Assembly (NCBI RefSeq): GCF_036588685.1
Contig: NC_086386.1
Coordinates: 39,742,001-39,806,000 of the forward strand
Length of the DNA stretch: 64,000 nt
Source: Mytilus trossulus
Taxonomy: Eukaryota
Direction of reading: 5' to 3'
Part shown: one piece after another, positions 55,342 through 64,000 of the stretch
How the letters are laid out: each line of letters begins with the position of its first letter
Numbering within the stretch: position 1 is the stretch's first letter
Notes under the pieces: model-generated
Database searches by the model: none
The model's input: the letters and a program-made list of their open reading frames with translations, nothing else
What the model was told of the DNA's origin: nothing
Translations under genes and position numbers: made by a program

Positions 55342-58300
55342 ATGGAAGCGCAAGGTAAGACGTTTCATCTACTAAAGATCAGTTGTCATAATTTGTTTTA
55401 TGTAATATATACATTTATAGAATATAAAGAAATAAAAGGTATAAAATAGACAAGGTACTTCGTCAATAAAAATCACTTAAATGTTATAAAACTGTATATT
55501 TATTTTTCTAAATAGAAGGAAATATGACAATAAGCTTAACTGATATACGTTTTTTTATCTTTTTTTTCCCTTCGTTTTTCTTCTGCTTTTCCCCTTAACT
55601 TTTCTTAAGTTTTGTTTTCACTTTTTAAGCGTTTTTTTTTTTAATAATCTTAGTCTCTTCTATATAGTAAAAAAAAATAATTCATAGTAATTACCTGATG
55701 ATAAACGACATAAGTTTTTACAATCTTATCCAGAAGTCATGCACGTAAAAGTTTTTGACAATTAAAAAAATTAACACTATTTATTTCAGTAGAAACTGTA
55801 AGTTGTACAGACAACTGAAATATGTCGTTTTTCAAAATCTGAAACAATTTTATAAATGAAAGCAAACGGCCTATTTCAAACTTAACCAAAAACATATTTC
55901 ACGGACAACGGCAGCCGTTTGACATGCACTTAAGTATGTGGCGGGACTAAAGATGTCCTATGGTGAAAAAACACTGACAACATCAAACCAAATGTTCAAT
56001 TCGATTGGAAAGGGTTCTACTCCTCAAATCTGCATGTGCAGACAAAGACACAACTAACACATTTAAGTACTATATACACAGAAGGTTACTGTAAACTTAC
56101 TAAATTCTAAAGAGTAATCTTGTTCCCAGGGACTATCTATCCCTCTTGTAACATAGCTCTTTGTGGACCTTTCTTTACTTTCGAAAAATTGTGTTTCAAA
56201 CCCCATTGTGCAAGGATAAATCACCAACGTTCCCGGATGTGTCAAAAAATTAGAGAAAGAGGGAAAAAACACATACTTTTACTATTCGTAGTTCCCATAT
56301 TTACTTTTAGGTAATCTCGGTTAAAGAGGCAAAAAAAAAAAAAAAACAACATTTACCACTGTCTCTGAGGTCATGATACAATGTTCCTGTTATAATGGAA
56401 TTAGTTTTACATATAATTTCAAATTATCACATATGATAAAGTTACATGTATGACTATGTTAACTTTGTAGTTTCGGTGAACCCTGATATTTCTTTATACT
56501 ACTCCCTCAAATTTAAAAAGTAAAAGTAGCCCTACTCTGAAACAAAAAAGTGCTTATGATTTCTTTGTTTCCTTAAAGTAACCGACCTATTTGTAGAAAT
56601 GAAACTTTTGGGGAAAATTTCTAACCAAAATTTACTTGTCTATGAGTTTGCATTAAAAAAAAATCAGGATAAATGCGCTCCATTGTATACTGATTTAACA
56701 TTTCCAGAAAATCAGGATTTATTTTGGTAGTACCTCAGTTTGAGATGTCTTTTTTTTCTTATAAGACTTTAAAGGTAGGTTGAACATTGGCATTTAGAAA
56801 GATGATACATGTACAATTCAGGATATACCTGTTTTCTAATAATCAAAACTTTATATAAAATTAAAGCTGTGAAAATTGCAAAATATGGTTGAACAGATAG
56901 GGATTTTAAATGGTGGTCTAACACCTACATGTATATAATGTATAATAGCTTCTTTCACTTGTATCCAAAAAGCTACATGTAGTTTAATAAATGCATAACG
57001 CCGCGAGTCTTCAAAGGTTAATTTCTGACAAAATATAATATTACTTTCCGATGGATTGCTATCTTCGCCTAGTAAGTAAAATAACAAAATCCAATGAAAA
57101 AAAAATCACAAAATCCAAAACCATTATAGTAGAAGAAATAGAAATGGTAATTTGGAAAAAAATTATGCAAAAGTCATGAAAAAAATTATCTTTAACTCTC
57201 AGTATTTGCATAATTATTCACACTGTTTGATGTCAAGGGCGACATGCATTGACTTTAATTTGTTTTGTCTGTTACGCATGTAAATGAATTATATGTTTAA
57301 CCTCATGTAACACATTTACATGCGAGTGTTTCCTAATAAATCGGATTCCTCAAAGTAAATTTATGAAAAGAACTCCAAAACAGAGAGGCTTCATTTACAA
57401 ACAATTGTATTTAAAAAAAACCATGACACAATGATTCATTACTGCAATTGAGTAAAATTAAATTTTTTCAGTTGTAATCAAATCGTCATATTCATTTCTT
57501 AGATCATCACCCAATGGCCCCCTCAATCAAAAAGAAAGTCTTTAAAAATATGCTGAACTCCCAGGAAAATTCAAAACGAAAAGTCCCTAATTAAATGTCA
57601 AAATTAAATTTAAGCTTAAATACACCAAACGAATGGATAACAACTGTCATATTCATGAGTAGGTACGTGCATTTTCTCATGTAGAAAATGGTGGATTAAA
57701 CCTGTTTTTAAAGCTAGCTAAACCTCTGACTTATATGGCAGTCGCATCAAATTCCAAATTCAAAAAGTCGTCCTCTGAGAGTGGTCTCGACCTGACTGCA
57801 TTTATAATTTGCAACTGGAATTCAATATTAACATCAATCGGTCCATTAATTAAAAGACATTTAAGATTTTTTTTCAAATAAACCACAGTACGGCTGATAG
57901 AAATTTATATATTTTTTTAAGCACGAGGTGCCTCGTCGCAATCATATGATAAGTCTTTTTACTCGATATTTTAGTAAGAACCGATTAAGAAATGTTTGTT
58001 TTTTGCATTATGATCGTCATTTAAAAAAAATATTTTTGATACCCTTTTCAGATAAAGTCTCCGTGAAGTTTGCGCTAGACATATTTATAATCGTAGACGG
58101 TTTATGAAAACTGCCAATGTACTTTAAAATGTTTAATTTTATTACAGTATTAGATATAACATACAATCTGAATATAAAAGCGGGACCATCTCAAAATATA
58201 AATCAATGCTTCGTCATATGATTGTGACTATGCACCTCGTGATAATAAAAGATATTGGTATCACATGCATTTGTGAACAAAATATGAAAGAAAAGATTCT

Positions 58301-61300
58301 TTCAATATGAATTTACATTTTCATGGCTAGCTATTTAAATCTGTGTGCTATGTACTTAACAACTGCAACTATATTTTTATTGATTAATGTCAATGATATA
58401 TATGAAATAATAGTATGCATGTAGATTCATTAACAGTTTGAATTTCAAGTTTACTACACATACACTGGAAGACTTCACACTAAAATTAAAATATGATATA
58501 GAAAAAGTTAAAAAAAATCGGTCAACATGCTAGGCTGTCAGTGTAATGGTGAGCTATTATAACGCAGCAATAGACCTAAACTACAAAATTTATAAATGTA
58601 TGATGCTTGTTCAATGATATTCAGCGAGGCAAAATGGAGAAAACAAAAGTGGAAAAAAAAGGATGCAAAGCTACAGATATTGTCTGCGCTTATTCTGTTC
58701 CAAGTCAAGGAATTCGTCTGTGGTTGATACTTTCTTTGTTTTTTTTTTAAATTGGTGTTGATGGACACATGTTTCTCAGTAATTCTCAACATGTCGAGAA
58801 TTGTGGCAATTTTTTATTTGTTTCCAAAGGCAGTTGCTTTGGCATGTACAATTAAGTATTCTAATAACATATCACAGTTTTATAAATTGTGTAAGTATTT
58901 AATTATCACTCTAACTAATGGATGCAAGTCCAATCATACCGTCCCAATTTAAAGGAAGGGATATGGGCGCTCGCTAACATGTTTTACTCTGAATGTGCCT
59001 GTTCCTAATGAGGATCATGTTACTCAGTGGATTTCGTTGGTTGCTGTGTAGCATATTTGTTTATCGTTCGTTATTTTGTACAGAAATCAGGCCTTTAGAT
59101 TTTTGATTGAATTATTTTACTTTTGTCATTTCGAGGCCTTTTATATCTTACTGTGCGGTATGGGTTTTACTCATTGCTGAAAACCGTACGTTGACACATA
59201 GGTGTTTATTTCTGTATCATTTGGTCTCTTGTGTATAGATGGCTTATTGACAATCATACTACGTCTCATTTTTATATAAGACATAATTTTTTTTTTTTTT
59301 ATTGTGAAATTTGATTTAAATACACGCAATTTAAATATTTATGAAATTGTCTCCCTAAGCATTTTGTATGAATCGAGCTTTATAGGTTATTCAACACACA
59401 AAAGATCAGAAAAAATAATATAAAATATATGTTTTTGGTGCTTGTCTTTTTTTCAAATTTAATATATGGTTGTCATATAAATCAAAGACATGTTTATATG
59501 TTGTAGCCCCGCCTCCTTATGGTCCACCAAGCTACCCACAAGGCCAGACACAACAGACGATAGTTGTAGCACAACCAACGGTATTGGTGTCCCCACAGTA
59601 CGGCGACTCTCCGGTAAGGATACAGTGTCCGGCATGTAAAGCAGATGTGATGACTTCAACTTCTTGTGAACCTGGGATGCTGGCGTGGATTATTTGTTTA
59701 GTTTTGTTTTTCACTGGGTATGCTGTAAATTCAGAAATTATTGCGCGCATTTATTATTGCGATTGTTGAATATTGAACACAGATCCGATTTGATTATTGC
59801 GATTTCAGGAAAGGTAAAATACAAATTTTGCAAGGGCATTTTTGTGGGGAAAAAACACATATACACCTTATTCTAACATGACGTCCTTCAAACGCTTTGA
59901 GTACACACCCGTGGTAAAATATGAATATATTTCATGGGCTGTTCCCATTGTACCCCCACGTCATATGTTTTTTTAATGAATGAGCGACTCGACGTCATAG
60001 AACAATGACGTCAGAATATAAGCAATTTACGGGAAAATACACGCTTGTGAAACGGAAAATCATCACAACAAGGAAACGTTAACAAATGATGCTAAAATGA
60101 GTTATATTAGCCGTTTTTGTATACATATGAGACATATAAGTACAATAATAATAAGATTAATCTAAAATTATCTAAATATGTTATTATAAATAGTTTAAGC
60201 ATCATCATTTATTCAGTTTGCTCCGTTATTTTACGTCAATTTAATAGTGCGTTAATATATAGGAACGGCAAATAATGCCATCACCTAGAGCGCTTCGATC
60301 CAAAATAATTGCCGTATTTGTCCTATTAGAATCGAAATAATTCATGGGGGCTTGAATATATCTAGATTTTACCACGGGTTGTCCCTTTATGCCGATATTT
60401 TACCCCTCGCTATCGCTCAGGGTAAAATATTTGTCATAAAGGGCCAACCCGTGGTAAAATCACGATATATTCAAGCCCCCATGAATTATTTCTTAAATAT
60501 ATTAACACGTGTCAGTATATTAAAGTATATATGTATATACGATTTTTGGCCGAGACAAGTGCATGTCTGTGAATTAGTTCCATCAAATTGAATGCGCGAG
60601 TTAGAATTTGTCAGCGCATTTTTCGAAAAAAAAAAAAAAATCAGCATCATATGAATAACGGAACAAGTCGGTCAGAAGAAGGACACAGTTTGTTCCCATT
60701 GGAACACCGGTCACTTGTTGAAAACAAGTCATATAAACATATTTGTTTTTCTTTCATTTTTTTTACATAAATAAGGCCGTTAGTTTTCTCGCTTGAATTG
60801 TTTTACATTGTCTTATCGGGGCCTTTTATAGCTGACTATATGCGGTATGGGCTTTGCTCATTGTTGAAGGCCGTACGGTGACCTGTAGTTGAAAGTTATG
60901 GTAGTTTGTAAATTGACATTTTGCTATATTTTCCCATGTATGCAGCATTTATTTATTATGTTTAGTGTGAATGTATTGAGTATAAACATGTGTATACGTG
61001 TATATATGATGTCCTCTTGTACACCTATGTGTCTGATGTTTATTAATAAAGAATTGTCTATTGTCTTTTGTCTACTAGATGTCATTCAATTACAAGTATC
61101 CTCGAATAAGCGTTATTAGTAAAAAAATACTAATCCTTAATGACATTGTTAATATGACCTCTGACCTTGATTGTGTGATTATAGTTTGACCTTGTTTGTG
61201 TGACTATATTTGACTTTGTTAGTAAATATGAATATTTGACCTTATTAGTTAATGTGAATATTTGACATTGTCAATGTAATAATTGACCTTGTTACTTTTA

Positions 61301-61552
61301 AAATGAGAATATTTGACCTTGTCAGTGTGAATATTTGACCATGTCAATGTGAATATTTGACCTTTTTAATATGAGTACATGCATTTGACCTTGTTAATTA
61401 GAGTACTTGACCTTGTTAACACATGTCTGTGATAATATCGTTTCAGGTTCTGGTTATGCTGTATCATCCCCCTCTGTATTGATTCCTGTAAAGATGTAAC
61501 ACACACGTGCCCTAACTGTAGACATGTTGTGGGGAAGTTTAGCCGAATGTGA
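55342..61552 (+). CDS. LITAF: LITAF-domain protein 5, 109 aa; join(55342..55354,59507..59717,61447..61552)
   Basis: Exons 2-3 are clear: APPPYGPPSYPQG..SPVRIQCPACKADVMT..LFFTGFWLCCIIPLCIDSCKDVTHTCPNCRHVVGKFSRM*. The 13-nt first coding exon (CAAAATGGAAGCGCAAG|GTAAGA, phase 1) is less certain. Confidence 0.85.
60335..60492. repeat. ~158-bp hairpin at the end of an unclassified intronic element
   Basis: GAAATAATTCATGGGGGCTTGAATATAT...ATATATTCAAGCCCCCATGAATTATTTC. Confidence 0.75.
61150..61420. repeat. Degenerate ~20-bp minisatellite (ATATTTGACCTTGT core)
   Basis: More than 10 TTGACCTT-like cores immediately upstream of the gene 5 exon 3 acceptor. Confidence 0.75.
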
Positions 61553-61648
61553 TAGCACGTGCCCTAACTGTAGACATGTTTTAGGGAAGTTTAGCCGAAT
61601 GTGATAACACGTGCTCTAACTGTAGACATGTTGCTGGAAAGTTTAGCC
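61504..61648 (+). repeat. 52-bp tandem triplication spanning the gene 5 stop codon
   Basis: CACGTGC(C/T)CTAACTGTAGACATGTT..AAGTTTAGCC starts at 61504, 61556 and 61608. Confidence 0.92.
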
Positions 61649-62719
61649 TAACAGTTGAGACTGAAACTTATCTATAGCGATCCAATCCTCTTTTATATAT
61701 TTTATGGATGTACTTAGGTGAAATTACAAAAAAACTAAAATTTAGAATTGATACTATAAGTTGGAATAGCATTAGTTGAGGAACAAATTAAGCAGATATG
61801 CTAACATTTTTGTAAATAACCTTTTATATGCTATTGCAGTCTTTCATGAAAAAAAATGGATGTTATGGGGCAAACTATTTTACCCTGTATTGAAGGGGGA
61901 AACTAAGAGGTCAGAACATATGACACAAATACCGTAAACCTTACCCAAGTGCATCCTTAAAGCATCGAACAATCATCTTCATTGTGGGGAGGGGGTAGGC
62001 ATTATATAAAAGGCATGAAATTTATTGGGTTTCAACAACACATTATTGGTCATGTATGCTATTAAAAAACACAATTTGCGTTTGAATAAAGTCTATTTTT
62101 TGTCTTAAGAAAATATAACACTCCTCTTCTTTTCTCATAAAGTGTCTACATGTCTTCATTGTAAGCTGTAGGGAATAAATTGATAATAATTGCTTACTAT
62201 GTGAAATACCTGCATTGCTGTAATAATTATTCATACTTTCATGCCGTATATTTTAACAACTTGATTAATATCCCTTTGCACAAATGACCCAACTACTTTA
62301 TAAATCGGTCATATACAATGTATATTTTTCATATTTTGTAGTTTTAATATAAAGAATTATATATCATGTCGTGTACAATAGTGTAGTATACCAACATCAA
62401 CAAACTGAAATGTGTATCAGTATGTTTTTAATTTGTTGAAATACGATATTATAGAGTATAATTGCATACTTATGTTCAAATTCATTGTATTTCATCTTTA
62501 ACATACATTTTGGTTATTAAATTGTGTTTATGATTATCCGGTATCCTTATAGATTTATTCAGTAATATCCAGATTTTCAATGAGATAACTTCATATGGTG
62601 GAAAGCACGAACACATATATCCTTTGAAATGTATGTTTGTATATAATAACTGTACATCCTGTTACGTTCATCTTTATCCAAAACTTTCTTTCTAGTCCTA
62701 AGGGAGCAAAAACATTTAA

Positions 62720-62992
62720 GGTGGTACCTAACACTACAGGGAGATAACTCCGTAAAGTCAGCTAAGCGTTTTAATAACGTTGTGTTGTAAAAGGAATATT
62801 AAGCTTCTCAATTATCAAAATTGGTGTTTGTCAAACTGCTATATAACCAGTGTAATTTTTCTGACAAAACGGTTGGTTCAAAATTTTTGATTTTTTTATA
62901 TTTTTGTTAAAGGGTCTAAGTGAGTACTTTGACAAAATTTTATGAAAATTAAACGATCCAAATTGATCTTAGTGCAAGTGTTGGGTGCCACC
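62720..62992. mobile_element. MITE with TTAA TSD (Kolobok-like)
   Basis: TTAA|GGTGGTACCTAACACT...AGTGTTGGGTGCCACC|TTAA. Confidence 0.75.
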
Positions 62993-64000
62993 TTAACTTC
63001 AGGAGTTGGTTGGGTATTGTTTTTGGGCTACATAAAAAAAGCGCAAAAATTTTTGTTTTTGTTTTTCAATGCTATATATCAGATTTTGTTTTCTCTTCAA
63101 AACTTAAAACTATATAATGTATGGAGAAAATCTTGATTCATTATGTGTTTTTTTTTGTCATCTGCATGACTACACTATTTTGTTCATCAAGGGATCAGTA
63201 CTTTGTTTTAGGAAAAATCTATACCCCTCCATCAAGTTTTAAATTTATTTATTTATGAAATGCACATTTATACCCCTGGGTTGAAGGCATATACAAACAA
63301 TACAATACAATATACACAATAGAAATATTAACATATCAAACATCATATATAAAGTGGTAAAACAGTAATATTAATGCAGGCGTTGTGTTCACTCCCCTCA
63401 GTGCAAATGACTTTTTAATGAACGGAACAGTAATTAAGCTGCATAATATCAAATGAAGATAGCATTAATTGTAATCTATCTGTTTCAGACAAATTAAAGT
63501 ATTCTGGACATATATTATTTATATCTTTTTCAAGCTGATAACGTAAAGATTTTTTAATTTTATATTTTAGGAAAAAGTGGGTTTCATCTTCAACCTCATT
63601 TATATTACAATGTTTACATATTCTATTTTCTCTTTGAATTTTTTTTATATCTACCCCTCTCTATTAAATGGTCGTTCTCTAACATGAGATTCATTTGTGA
63701 CGTCAAGTGAGTAGAATCATATATGTCTATTTCCCTGAACTATAAATAAGAAAATGTGGTGTCAGTGTACATTATTGTTTATGGGTCAGCTGAAGCACGC
63801 CTCCGAGTTAGGGATTTTCTCGCCTGAAATGAGGACCATTTGGTGGCCTTGGCATTTTATTTGATCTTTGGTCGGGTTATTGTCTCTTTGACATTTATGT
63901 TTAATTCTATATAAATTTTGTAATGATATTGTAATTTTAGTTGGCTCAATTTCATGACAGCACGATGCTTCCTGTGACATCGTAACAACAATGTATAGGA

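Overview
AT-rich, repeat-dense animal genomic DNA; the repeat repertoire suggests a bivalve such as Mytilus (inference). The core is a head-to-tail + strand cluster of five intact 3-exon LITAF/CDIP1-family genes (CxxC, hydrophobic segment, HxCxxC), all with phase-1 and phase-2 GT-AG introns. The first coding exon of RFC3 lies at 4337-4423 on the - strand, divergent from the cluster. Genes 1 and 2 are a recent segmental duplicate pair with expanded QQYGQPP repeats. The strongest non-coding signal is a very young 578-bp tandem array (5.6 copies) in intron 1 of gene 2. Each complete unit carries a sense-oriented minimal type I hammerhead ribozyme, giving a retrozyme or Penelope-pLTR-like organisation. 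Two further hammerhead motifs of another family and a Penelope-type RT remnant lie nearby. The rest is LINE fragments, foldback/MULE-like elements with 9-bp TSDs, Helentron-associated elements, MITEs, a (TA)n-embedded tRNA-headed repeat and a 22/24-bp minisatellite. All coordinates were read by eye.
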